A DNA stretch of 64,000 nt from Prosthecobacter sp. GTDB lineage: Bacteria; Verrucomicrobiota; Verrucomicrobiia; Verrucomicrobiales; Verrucomicrobiaceae. Below, piece after piece: positions 1 to 11,778 of this stretch; position 1 is the first letter of the stretch; each line of letters starts with the position of its first letter. Location: NCBI GenBank assembly GCA_044355475.1, contig JBIKYB010000001.1, positions 1,153-65,152 on the forward strand, written 5' to 3'. Position numbers and translations under genes: made by a program. A model generated the notes under the pieces. That model searched no databases and was not told where the DNA came from. It was given only the letters and a program-made list of their open reading frames with translations.

Positions 1-2574
<2,574 letters not shown>

Positions 2575-2578
<4 letters not shown>

Positions 2579-3360
2579 TGGAGGGTCGTGAACGTGATCT
2601 TCCCATTGCGCATATTGGCCCAATGAATTGCCCTCAGCGTGGTGTGTTCCAGCAGCCTGCGAGCATGGGACTCGAAGTTGTTTTCATCCTCCGCCAACGC
2701 AGTCAGTTTGAACGCCACATCCGGTGCGAGCAGGCGGAATTTCTGGTCCCCAAGGTGCCCCTTCGAACCGATCACTGGCACGGGGACATTCACCTTCTCC
2801 TCGCCCCCTAGCAGATGGGTCAATCCCTCCTCATACAGTCCGATGTCGAGTCTAGCCCCCCAGTCGTTGACCATTGCCTTCAAAGTGTCATGGAAGAACG
2901 CGGCTCCAGGAATTCGGGAATCGAAGCGAGCGGTGTCTAACGCCGGATTCCTGAGGTCGGCGAGCCGTTGATGGCAGTTCACGAACTCGGAGCCGAGCAT
3001 CTCGGGCCGCAGATTGAAAATCATCGCGTGGGCGAGATCAAAGAGCAGCAAATACCCCAGCGTCTGGCTGCGATGCCGGGGATGAATGGATTCGGCTGCC
3101 TTAAACTCAAACAAGCCGCCACGATGGACCAGCACGTCGAGATAGTAGGTTTTGGAGAAGCTGCCGAATACGACCGTCACCGGAACCTCCAACTCAACGC
3201 CGCAAAGCCGGTCAGCGAGTTCCTTTTTATAGATTTTCTCGTCGAAGAAGCGGCCGAAGTCTTTGTGGATGTCGATGACATGGCCTTTCACCTCATAAGC
3301 GAGCCTGCCGAACTCCTCTTGGGAGATGCGGTTTGTGTCGATGGAGCGGATGATTGGCAT
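2575..3360 (-). CDS. GxxExxY family protein (PD-(D/E)xK-like nuclease fold), two tandem GxxExxY-like units
   Basis: GRFFDEKIY, then YYLDVLVHRGGLFEFKA...HRSQTLGYL; second degenerate unit GARLDIGLY. ATG 3360 preferred over the track start 3381, which lies inside the repeat. Confidence 0.85.
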
Positions 3361-3374
3361 AAAGCGGATTTTAA

Positions 3375-3444
3375 AAGACAAAAAAATGACAGACAGAAAA
3401 ATGGTCTGAGTCAGAGATTTTTTTGTCTGTCATCTTTTTGTCTT
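3375..3444. repeat. Long palindrome, 28-bp arms, upstream of the GxxExxY gene
   Basis: Arms 3375-3402 and 3417-3444 are 26/28 complementary; the right arm is the exact reverse complement of 2478-2505; abuts the DUF1501 stop codon. Confidence 0.95.
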
Positions 3445-4901
3445 CAACTCAGGACACCTTTGACCACATGCCCATACACATCCGTGAGACGGAAATCCCG
3501 CCCTGCATAGCGGTAGGTGAGCCTCTCATGATCAAAGCCGAGCAGGTGCAGAATCGTCGCGTGCAGGTCATGCACCTCGACTTTGTCATGCACGGCGAGG
3601 GCACCGAAATCATCCGTCGTTCCATACACGGTGCCCGGCTTTGAACCGCCGCCGGCCATCCACATCGTGAAGCCTCCGGCGTTGTGATCGCGGCCGATGC
3701 CTTTCTTCTTCGCCACGTCGTTGTTGTCGCTCGTCGGCGTGCGGCCAAATTCGCCGCCCCAGAGAATGAGGGTGTCCTTGAGCATGTCACGCTGCTTGAG
3801 ATCGGTGAGCAGGGCGTGCAGGGGCTGATCAGCGGCGGAGCAAAGCTCGCGATGGCGCTCGTCGTTGAGGTCGTGGGTGTCCCAGTTGTTGTGATAAACC
3901 TGCACGAAGCGCACGCCACGCTCGACGAGGCGGCGTGCGAGCATGAGCTGGCGGCCCATCTCGGTGTCGCCGTAGAGATCGCGAACCGATTTCGGCTCGC
4001 GAGTGAGGTCAAAAGCGTCCGTGGCCTCGACTTGCATGCGGAAGGCCGTTTCAAAGGCGCTGACACGGCCTTCGAGCAAGGCATCGCCCGGATGCTTCTG
4101 CGCGAAGTCCTCGTGCATCTGGCGCATGAGGTCGAGCTGGCGGCGCTGCTCGCGTAGCGATGTGGTGCCGCTGCGGATGTGCTCCAGCATCTTCGTCACC
4201 GTCGGGTCCTTTGTCGGGATGCCCGTGCCGCCGCACCACGCAGGCAGAAAAGCATTGCTCCACTGCTTGTCCCCGCTGCTCGTCGTGCCGTTCGGCGATA
4301 GCGATACGAACCCCGGCAGGTTTTGATTTTCCGTGCCAAGGCCATACACGGTCCACGCTCCCATGCTGGGCCGCACGCTGGCGAACTCACCCGTGTTCAT
4401 GACAAGCTGCGCCGGTTCATGAACGCTCGTCTTCGTGTGCATCGAGCGGATCACGCACAGCTCGTCCGCATGTGTGGCGAGCTTCGGAAACAGCTCGCTG
4501 ATCTCCATGCCGCACTGGCCGTGCTTCGCGAACTTGAAGGCGGAGCGCTGCAGCTTCCCGCTGAGCCGCCCCATGCCCGCAGCCACGTCACCCGCCGCCT
4601 TTTGGTAATCCTTCATCACCTCATCAGCCATTTTGCCGTGATACTTCTCCAGTGCGGGCTTCGGATCAAACGTGTCCACCTGCGAAGGCCCGCCCTCGCA
4701 GAAGATGTGGATCACGCGCTTCGCTCTGGCGGGAAAATGCGGCTTCTTCGGTGCCAGTGGCGACAGCGGAGCCTCGGCGGCCATGCCGAGTTCCTGCATC
4801 ATCGAGGCCAAACCAAGACCACCCAGGCCAAAGGCGCTCCGTGTGAGGAAATCACGACGCGTGGAAATGGGAAGGGTGCGGGAGCAGAGACGGGGATTCA
4901 T
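3444..4901 (-). CDS. DUF1501 domain protein (Tat signal)
   Basis: TRRDFL Tat motif, AKRVIHIFCEGGPSQVDTFDPKP, ARRLVERGVRFVQ, WGGEFGRTP, GRDFRLTDV. Confidence 0.93.
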   Translation of the reverse strand: MNPRLCSRTLPISTRRDFLTRSAFGLGGLGLASMMQELGMAAEAPLSPLAPKKPHFPARAKRVIHIFCEGGPSQVDTFDPKPALEKYHGKMADEVMKDYQKAAGDVAAGMGRLSGKLQRSAFKFAKHGQCGMEISELFPKLATHADELCVIRSMHTKTSVHEPAQLVMNTGEFASVRPSMGAWTVYGLGTENQNLPGFVSLSPNGTTSSGDKQWSNAFLPAWCGGTGIPTKDPTVTKMLEHIRSGTTSLREQRRQLDLMRQMHEDFAQKHPGDALLEGRVSAFETAFRMQVEATDAFDLTREPKSVRDLYGDTEMGRQLMLARRLVERGVRFVQVYHNNWDTHDLNDERHRELCSAADQPLHALLTDLKQRDMLKDTLILWGGEFGRTPTSDNNDVAKKKGIGRDHNAGGFTMWMAGGGSKPGTVYGTTDDFGALAVHDKVEVHDLHATILHLLGFDHERLTYRYAGRDFRLTDVYGHVVKGVLS

Positions 4902-4989
4902 GATCGAACAATACGCGGAGACGGCCCATGATTTTCGTGACCTTGTGCCAAAACTACCTAAAGTGCTTTAGTCTCAGCCTAAAGCCAAC

Positions 4990-5940
4990 ATGTCCTCTCC
5001 GCGCCGCTACTTTAAAGAACTCCGCTTCCGCCAGCTTCGTGCGCTCGTCGAACTTGCACGAAAAGGCAGCTTCACCGCCGTGGCCGAGACCTTGCAAATG
5101 TCCGTGCCCTCGGTTTGGCAGCAAGTCCGGGCACTGGAGGAAGAGTTTGGCGTGGCAATGGTGAAGCAGTCCGGCAAGGCCGCCGTGCTCACTCAGCAAG
5201 GCGAATTGCTGGTGCAATTGTCGCAGCCGCTCGTTGAAAGCTTCGACCGCATCCGCGAACTCTTTGCCGATCAAAACCAAAAGCTCACCCGCCGCATCAC
5301 CGTGGCCACCACGGCGAGCTTACTATTGCATGAACTTCAGAAGCCGCTCGAACTCTACCGCAAGCGCCATCCTGATGTGCAGCTCTCCTTCATAGACCGC
5401 CCTTCCGCGATGGCGCGCAAGCATCTCGAAGATGGTGAGGCTGACGTGGCCATTGTCGGTCAGATCAATGCGCCAAAGCATCCACGCATCGAAGTCACAC
5501 CCGTCACCGCCTATCCCTTCGTGCTCGTGTGTCCTGAGGGGCATCCGTTGCTCAAAGCGAAGACCCTGAAGCTCCCTGACCTCATCAAGCAGCCCCTCGT
5601 GCTTCCAGGTCCAGGCGCGAACTCGCGCCGCCATGTGCAAGACGTCTTCGAAGCGGCCGCGTTGTGGCAAAAGGCCAATGTCGCGCTCACCGCGAGCACC
5701 TTCGACATCGTGGTCGGCTACGTACGCATGGGTTTCGGCATCAGCGTCACTTCCGTGAGCCCGATGATCCTCAAAGAAGCCGCCCAAGGCCATAGCAGCT
5801 ATCGCGGCGTCGCCTTCCGCGATCTTTCAAAGCTCTTTGGCCGTGAGGAGGTCGTGGTGCTCCATCGCAAAGCGAAAGTCGAGCTACCACATCACCTGGC
5901 GTTTCGCGAGATCGTGGTGAAGGCACTGCACAAAGATTGA
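4990..5940 (+). CDS. LysR family transcriptional regulator
   Basis: N-terminal HTH (GSFTAVAETLQMSVPSVWQQVRALEEEFG), 316 aa, divergent from the DUF1501 operon. Confidence 0.93.
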   Translation: MSSPRRYFKELRFRQLRALVELARKGSFTAVAETLQMSVPSVWQQVRALEEEFGVAMVKQSGKAAVLTQQGELLVQLSQPLVESFDRIRELFADQNQKLTRRITVATTASLLLHELQKPLELYRKRHPDVQLSFIDRPSAMARKHLEDGEADVAIVGQINAPKHPRIEVTPVTAYPFVLVCPEGHPLLKAKTLKLPDLIKQPLVLPGPGANSRRHVQDVFEAAALWQKANVALTASTFDIVVGYVRMGFGISVTSVSPMILKEAAQGHSSYRGVAFRDLSKLFGREEVVVLHRKAKVELPHHLAFREIVVKALHKD

Positions 5941-5949
5941 TTCCCAAGC

Positions 5950-7851
5950 TTACTCCTTCGCCTGAACGATGAAGTCAAAAAGCTGGCCGTATCGCTTTCC
6001 ATCGAGTGTGATGTCCAGCGGCACCATTTGCACACCCGCGGGCAGTTTTTCGGATTCGGCAGTGAGCTTGACCTTGAAGCTCGCACGCGATTTGGGGCCG
6101 ATGATGCCTTCCAGCACCGCAGGCTCGGCTTTGAGGCCGGGTGGTGGCTGTAGGACGACGCGATGCCGTTGAGGAGTGTCGCGGAAGTTGCGCACGGTGA
6201 TGCTCACCTCGGCCGGTTGCGCGACATCGACACGATACGGATACGCGCTGACCCAAAAAGGGTCGTAGCCGTATTCATAGTTCGCATCGGGCAGCAGGGC
6301 CTTGTATTTGCGGATCGCCCGCAGCGCCCAGTCGTGGTAGCGCTCGATGAAGTCCTTCGGCTCCGTCATGAGCACGCCGTGCGCGCCCATGATGATGTCC
6401 GGCTGCAGCATTTGCAGGTATTTCGCGGCGACGAGGTAGCCTTCCTCGATGATGGCGCTGTTGCGCGCGTTCACGCACTCGTGGCCGTTTTGCGCGGGAT
6501 CGCTGGGATCGCCGAAGAGGTTGTCGCCGGTGAAGACGACCTTTTTGCCGTCGAGCATGAGCCAGAGCGCGTTTCCGAACTCCGTCTGGCCGGGCATCCA
6601 GTCGATGTGAAGCTGGTAGCCTTCCCATTCGATCACGTCGCCGGCTTTGAGGATGCGGTCGATCTTCGCCTTCTCAAACCCGGCGTTGTAGGCGCCGATC
6701 ATCGCGGGGTAGTCGTAGAAGCGCGGGTTCTCGCATTTGTCGGCGATGGTGTCCATGGTCCAGAACTTCACGCCGTGCTCCTGGAGCGCGGGAAAGAGCG
6801 TGAAGTGGTCGCCATGCGAGTGGGAGATCCAGCAGGCATCGATCTGCTTGAGCCCGAGGTGCTCCTTCATGTCGCTGATGATGCGCTCCAGCACGAGCTT
6901 CGGGAACAGGCCGCAGTCGAGCAACAAGGCGTGGCCGCTGTCGGCGATGAGGATGGCGAAATTCTTCCCCGCCATCTCCGGGCCGAACATGTAGAGGTGC
7001 GGCGTCACCTGAATGATGTAGTTCGCCTTGGTCGGCTTCGTGGCAGGATGCGGGCCGCGTTTGGAGAGGTTGTTCACCGGATAGCCGCGAATGTAGTCGG
7101 GCCGGAAGTCGGCGAGCTTCTTCTCGTAAGCCGCAAACTGCTTCGTTGCCTCACGAATGACCGGCCCCTGCGATGGAAACGCGGTCTCAATGCCGAGCGT
7201 GGTGAGCTTTTGCGCGGCAGCGGTGAGTGCGTCGAGACCTTTGGCAAAGCCATAGTCCCACTCGGTGTCGAACCAGTTCGTCATCTTCGCGCCGTCATGC
7301 ATCACGCCGCCGGTGAAGGCCAGCGTGTGGCCGTCGCGCTTGATGGTAAAGCTCATGCCGCCCGGCGAGTGTCCAGGCGTGCTCACGCAGGTGATGTCAA
7401 AGCCGTTCCAGGTGAACACCTCGCCATCGGCCAGCACGCGGTCGATTTTCACCGACTCGGCCGGCGGGCGCACATAGCTCGCGCCATGCACGCTGTATTT
7501 GTCGCCGAGACGCGGATGCCATTTGCGGAACGAGAGCGGATTTTCGAGGATTTCCTTCTCATCCGCCGAAGCCGCGACCTGCGTTACCGCACGATCCAGC
7601 TTCGGCGCTCCCTGGCACAGCTCCCGATGATGATCCGTGAGCAGCACCCACTCGACCCGCTTCACACCGATCTCCGCCAAGTGCTCCAGCACCGTGCCAT
7701 CGCCTAGATTGATGACCAGTGCGGCATCCTCGTGCTTCAGCACATGGACGTTGCAGGTGTCCTGCCACAAATGCACGCCCGGCATTGGTTGCTGGAACTC
7801 AGCGAGCGCGAGGCTCTGCAGAAGGAGGAATGCGATGATGAGGCGTGGCAT
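5950..7851 (-). CDS. Secreted double metallo-beta-lactamase-fold hydrolase
   Basis: Signal peptide; degenerate TDHHRE...TPGHS domain and a second ISHSHGDH domain. Confidence 0.8.
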   Translation of the reverse strand: MPRLIIAFLLLQSLALAEFQQPMPGVHLWQDTCNVHVLKHEDAALVINLGDGTVLEHLAEIGVKRVEWVLLTDHHRELCQGAPKLDRAVTQVAASADEKEILENPLSFRKWHPRLGDKYSVHGASYVRPPAESVKIDRVLADGEVFTWNGFDITCVSTPGHSPGGMSFTIKRDGHTLAFTGGVMHDGAKMTNWFDTEWDYGFAKGLDALTAAAQKLTTLGIETAFPSQGPVIREATKQFAAYEKKLADFRPDYIRGYPVNNLSKRGPHPATKPTKANYIIQVTPHLYMFGPEMAGKNFAILIADSGHALLLDCGLFPKLVLERIISDMKEHLGLKQIDACWISHSHGDHFTLFPALQEHGVKFWTMDTIADKCENPRFYDYPAMIGAYNAGFEKAKIDRILKAGDVIEWEGYQLHIDWMPGQTEFGNALWLMLDGKKVVFTGDNLFGDPSDPAQNGHECVNARNSAIIEEGYLVAAKYLQMLQPDIIMGAHGVLMTEPKDFIERYHDWALRAIRKYKALLPDANYEYGYDPFWVSAYPYRVDVAQPAEVSITVRNFRDTPQRHRVVLQPPPGLKAEPAVLEGIIGPKSRASFKVKLTAESEKLPAGVQMVPLDITLDGKRYGQLFDFIVQAKE

Positions 7852-7964
7852 GCAGCTACCAACGTCGCGAGGGGGCGATTCGCTTCAATCTCACTCCCGC
7901 CCCGCAAACCTCCCCAACGATGTTGCATCCCTGGGAATCGGGCGACAAAGATAGCCGCTCCACC

Positions 7965-9932
7965 ATGCGCACCCTCCGCCTCAAAATCGCCGACCTGCTC
8001 GAAGTCGAAGGCCAACCGCCGCCGACACCCGCGCCGGATGTCACGGCGCTGACGCCGCTGGTGATGAAGCAGTATGGCTTTCTGCCGCAGCCGCTCATGA
8101 TCACCGTCGAGGGCGACGAGGTCGTGCTCCAGTTCCCGAAGGAATCCACCGCAGATGAGGCGGAGGCGGCACGCTTGGCGCAAAAGGGCGGGAAAAAGGC
8201 CGCTGAGGGAGATTTTGCCAAAGCCACCGAGCTGCTGAAGCGGGCGCTCAAGCTCCAGCCCTCGCTCCACTCCGCCCGGCGTGATCTGGCGATGGCCTGC
8301 ATGGAGATGGGAGATGCCGAAAGCGCCACGAACCACCTCATTGAAGTCCTCCGCCTCGACCCGAGCGATGCGTGGAGCTGGGTCGTGCTGGGAAATCTCT
8401 ACCTCGGGCCGAAGAACGATCCTGAAACCGGCGAGAAATTCCTGCGCAAGGCTCTGTCTCTGAAACCGGGGGATGCGTGGGCGCTGAACAGCCTCGCCGC
8501 CCTCTGCCACAAGCGCGGCGAGAGCACGGAGGCCGTGCGGCTCTTCGAGCAGGCCATCGCCGCCAATCCCCAGTTTGCCAATCCCTACCTCGGCGCAGCC
8601 ACGGCGCACGCCGCCATGCAGCAGCCGGACCAAGCCGCCGCGGTGTTGCAGCGGCTGTTTCACATGGGCCGCCTCATCGACACGCGCACGCATTCCGTCT
8701 ATGCCCAGGCCCGCCAGCTTTACGCCAGGGTGCAGGCGGACCTCGCACGGCGAGACGAGTCGGAAATGTTCAAGTGCGTGCAGAACTACAAGGCCGGGCT
8801 GGAGGCGCTCTCCGGCTACCCCATCAAGATCGAGGAAGGCGACCTCACCGGCACCATCGGCGCTCGCATTCAGATGGCCTGGGCGCACGGACGCGACCAC
8901 CACCTCATCACCACCCGCCGTGGCAGCGCGCCGGAGCTGCTCTGCCACCGGGAGACGCATGAACTCACGCATTTGAAGATCGAGGCCGAGGCACGTCAGG
9001 CGGGAAAAAACCAGTTCTTCATCACCAACGAGCGCACCCACGCCGCCGCCCACATGGCGTTGCGGGCAGATGCCGACAAACTCCGCCGCAGCGGCTCCAC
9101 ACCGGCTGACATTCAGCGCCTGCACCGCTCCCTCATCCAGGGCCTGTGCGGTTTCCTGTTCAACTGCCCGCTCGACATGCTCATCGAGCGCCACCTGCAC
9201 CAGACCTTTCCCGTGCTGCGCTCCGCCCAGTTTCTCTCCCTCCACCTCATGGCGGATGATGCGTTGAAGGCCAACACGAACCCCGAAATCATCAAGCTCA
9301 CCCCACGCAAGATCCTGCGCGCCACCCTCGCCATGAACGGCGCTTACAGCCTGTTCCTGGACGACCTCTTTGAAGGTGCCACCACCTTCGCTGCCCCGTA
9401 TCGGCAGATGGACAACTTCGACATGGCGAAGCGGCTCTACCAGCACTGGAATGGTCGATCCCAGGATGTAACGGGGGGGGGTAGAGAGTATTCCCTAGTT
9501 GATGAATTCGCCGACCTGCTCGGCATTCGCGACTGGTATGAATGGCAGCCGGACCCCGGCCACCATGAGGTGGCCGCAGAGCCCTTCCTCGAAGGCGTCA
9601 CCGACGAAAAGCTGCTGCGGCTGAAGCACCCCGCCGCTGTCTGCCATCTGCTCAGCGCCCTGGAGCGCTACGACAAGCTGCCCATCGAGCAGGTGCGGGA
9701 GATCACCTTCGAGGTCGCCCGCGTCGGCCAAAACGGCATCGACTACGCCAGCGCGGACAAGCAATACACCCTGCGCAGCCTCCCCGGCGAGACCTTCACC
9801 GGCCTGCAGCTCATGTGCCTCATGCACGCCGGCCTCAAGCGCCTAGCACCGGACACCGACACCGGCATGGACCTGGACGAGCCCTTCCTCAAGGCGCTGG
9901 AACTGCATCAGCAACGGGAGGGCAAACGCTGA
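7965..9932 (+). CDS. Tetratricopeptide-repeat protein with central HExxH motif
   Basis: TPR-like helices (ALKLQPS, VLRLDPSDAWSWVVLGNLY, ALSLKPGDAWALNSLA, AIAANPQFANPY) and HELTH. Start 7965 chosen by codon usage; track gives 7845. Confidence 0.8.
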   Translation: MRTLRLKIADLLEVEGQPPPTPAPDVTALTPLVMKQYGFLPQPLMITVEGDEVVLQFPKESTADEAEAARLAQKGGKKAAEGDFAKATELLKRALKLQPSLHSARRDLAMACMEMGDAESATNHLIEVLRLDPSDAWSWVVLGNLYLGPKNDPETGEKFLRKALSLKPGDAWALNSLAALCHKRGESTEAVRLFEQAIAANPQFANPYLGAATAHAAMQQPDQAAAVLQRLFHMGRLIDTRTHSVYAQARQLYARVQADLARRDESEMFKCVQNYKAGLEALSGYPIKIEEGDLTGTIGARIQMAWAHGRDHHLITTRRGSAPELLCHRETHELTHLKIEAEARQAGKNQFFITNERTHAAAHMALRADADKLRRSGSTPADIQRLHRSLIQGLCGFLFNCPLDMLIERHLHQTFPVLRSAQFLSLHLMADDALKANTNPEIIKLTPRKILRATLAMNGAYSLFLDDLFEGATTFAAPYRQMDNFDMAKRLYQHWNGRSQDVTGGGREYSLVDEFADLLGIRDWYEWQPDPGHHEVAAEPFLEGVTDEKLLRLKHPAAVCHLLSALERYDKLPIEQVREITFEVARVGQNGIDYASADKQYTLRSLPGETFTGLQLMCLMHAGLKRLAPDTDTGMDLDEPFLKALELHQQREGKR

Positions 9933-9934
9933 GT

Positions 9935-11773
9935 ATGGCGAAGTACGACCATCTCACCAAAGATGAACTCACCCGCCTGCTGGAGGCGCGGGACCGGCGG
10001 GATGCCACGCGCTTCGGGCTGGTGTGGGAGGCCAATGAGATTGAGCGGGACAAGGCCATCAATGCGGACTTTGTGGCCCTGGACCTGGATCCGGCGCTGA
10101 GCACGCCCGCTACGTCGCCGGAGGGCGGCTGGGGGAACCTCATCATCGAGGGGGACAACTTCGACGCCCTGCGCTACCTGCGCATGACCCACGCCGGGCG
10201 GGTGAAGTGCATCCTCATTGATCCGCCTTACAACACGGGGATGAAGGACTTCGTTTACAACGATCATTTCATCAACAAAGACGACTCATGGCGTTTCTCC
10301 ACCTGGATTGAGTTCCTGTATCAGCGTCTTGTCATCGCTCGTGACTTAATGCGTGAAGATGGCGTCATGTTGATCTGCATCAATGACGATAACCGCGCCA
10401 AACTGGAGCTGCTTTTGGACAAGGTGATGCCTGGAATGCGAATTGGAAGCATGGCCTGGCGGACACGGGACTCGACAAGTGCCAAGGACCGAAACTTCAG
10501 TGACACCCACGAACACATCCTAATCTACGGGCGCAGTAAGTTTGCATTTCGTGGGCGGGATAAGTCGCAGAAGAAATATAAAAATCCTGACAACGACCCG
10601 CGCGGTCCCTGGAACATTGACCCGCTGACTCTGGCATTTGACCGGATTCAACGAAAGAACCTCTTTTATCCAATACAAAACCCCAAGACTGGAAACTGGT
10701 ATCCTTGCGATCCAGGGCGTGTATGGGCTTACGCTAGCGAGCTAAATCCTGAAACGAAGATTGAGTCGTTGGAGAGTGAACCGATGGAGGAGTGGATTCG
10801 CCAAGACAAAATTGTTTTCCCTGATCCGAAAGACGAACGAGTCGTGATTTGGAAAACATTGAATGAACTCCACGCTGCTATTGATGCTGGAGATATTCCA
10901 GTAACCCCGAAGAAGAAGAATCCGCTTCTTTCGCGAGACACTCCAGACTTAGAATTTTGGATTGGAAAACCAGTTGGATTTGGGCGCCCTGGATTCAAGA
11001 AGCACTGGAAGGATCTGAGGAGCCACATCAATCCTGTTGGTAGTTGGATCGCGCGCCTAAATGAGGATGTAGAGGAGGACGACTTTATAGCGCTCCGCTC
11101 GCGCGAGGCCGGTGAGGGCACAGGCGTGATCGAGAAGGTGTTCGGCAAAAAGGTCTTCAGCTATCCGAAGCCCCCGTCGTTAATGCAACAGCTTGTCGCG
11201 CAGTCGTCTGAAGGTGACGATATCGTTCTCGACTTCTTCGGCGGGTCAGGCACAACAGCCCATGCAGTGCTTCAACAGAATATAGACGACGAGGGAAGAC
11301 GCCGTTTCATCATGGTTTCCAATACCGAAGCTACAAGCGACGAACCAAATAAGAATATCTGCCGCGACGTTTGCGCACCACGAATCAAGGCTGTGATTGA
11401 AGGCTTCGGTGGCAACGCTCCAACCGGCGGCGCCTTCGCCTACCTGCGCTGCCGCCGAATCGCACCGGGGTACTTGCTGGACATCGAGCACGCGCAGGTG
11501 TGGACGGCATTACAAATGATCCACCTGGAGACGCTGGAGCCTTACACCGCCGGCGAGTTCCTGAGCGCGGGAGATGAAGGCGCGAAGCTGATTTACGTGC
11601 CGCGTTTTACCAAAGAGCTGGCGGTGGCGCTGCGTGAGGCGGTGAAGGATTGCGCGGCGGTGGTGATCTACTCCTGGCAGCCGGAAACGTTGCGCCAGCA
11701 CATCCGCGCCGGGCATGTGCAGCATGAGGCCATCCCGGAAAGCCTAGCACGCCGCTTTGGATTGAAAGCCTGA
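9935..11773 (+). CDS. mod: Site-specific DNA methyltransferase (Type III Mod-like, beta class)
   Basis: NLIIEGDNFDAL, IDPPYNTG (motif IV), YPKP, DIVLDFFGGSGTTAHA (motif I). Confidence 0.92.
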   Translation: MAKYDHLTKDELTRLLEARDRRDATRFGLVWEANEIERDKAINADFVALDLDPALSTPATSPEGGWGNLIIEGDNFDALRYLRMTHAGRVKCILIDPPYNTGMKDFVYNDHFINKDDSWRFSTWIEFLYQRLVIARDLMREDGVMLICINDDNRAKLELLLDKVMPGMRIGSMAWRTRDSTSAKDRNFSDTHEHILIYGRSKFAFRGRDKSQKKYKNPDNDPRGPWNIDPLTLAFDRIQRKNLFYPIQNPKTGNWYPCDPGRVWAYASELNPETKIESLESEPMEEWIRQDKIVFPDPKDERVVIWKTLNELHAAIDAGDIPVTPKKKNPLLSRDTPDLEFWIGKPVGFGRPGFKKHWKDLRSHINPVGSWIARLNEDVEEDDFIALRSREAGEGTGVIEKVFGKKVFSYPKPPSLMQQLVAQSSEGDDIVLDFFGGSGTTAHAVLQQNIDDEGRRRFIMVSNTEATSDEPNKNICRDVCAPRIKAVIEGFGGNAPTGGAFAYLRCRRIAPGYLLDIEHAQVWTALQMIHLETLEPYTAGEFLSAGDEGAKLIYVPRFTKELAVALREAVKDCAAVVIYSWQPETLRQHIRAGHVQHEAIPESLARRFGLKA

Positions 11774-11778
11774 ACCCC

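Noticed and set aside
4958-4971. CTAAAG-TG-CTTTAG palindrome as LysR operator
   Set aside because: Position is plausible, but it is too short to support from sequence alone
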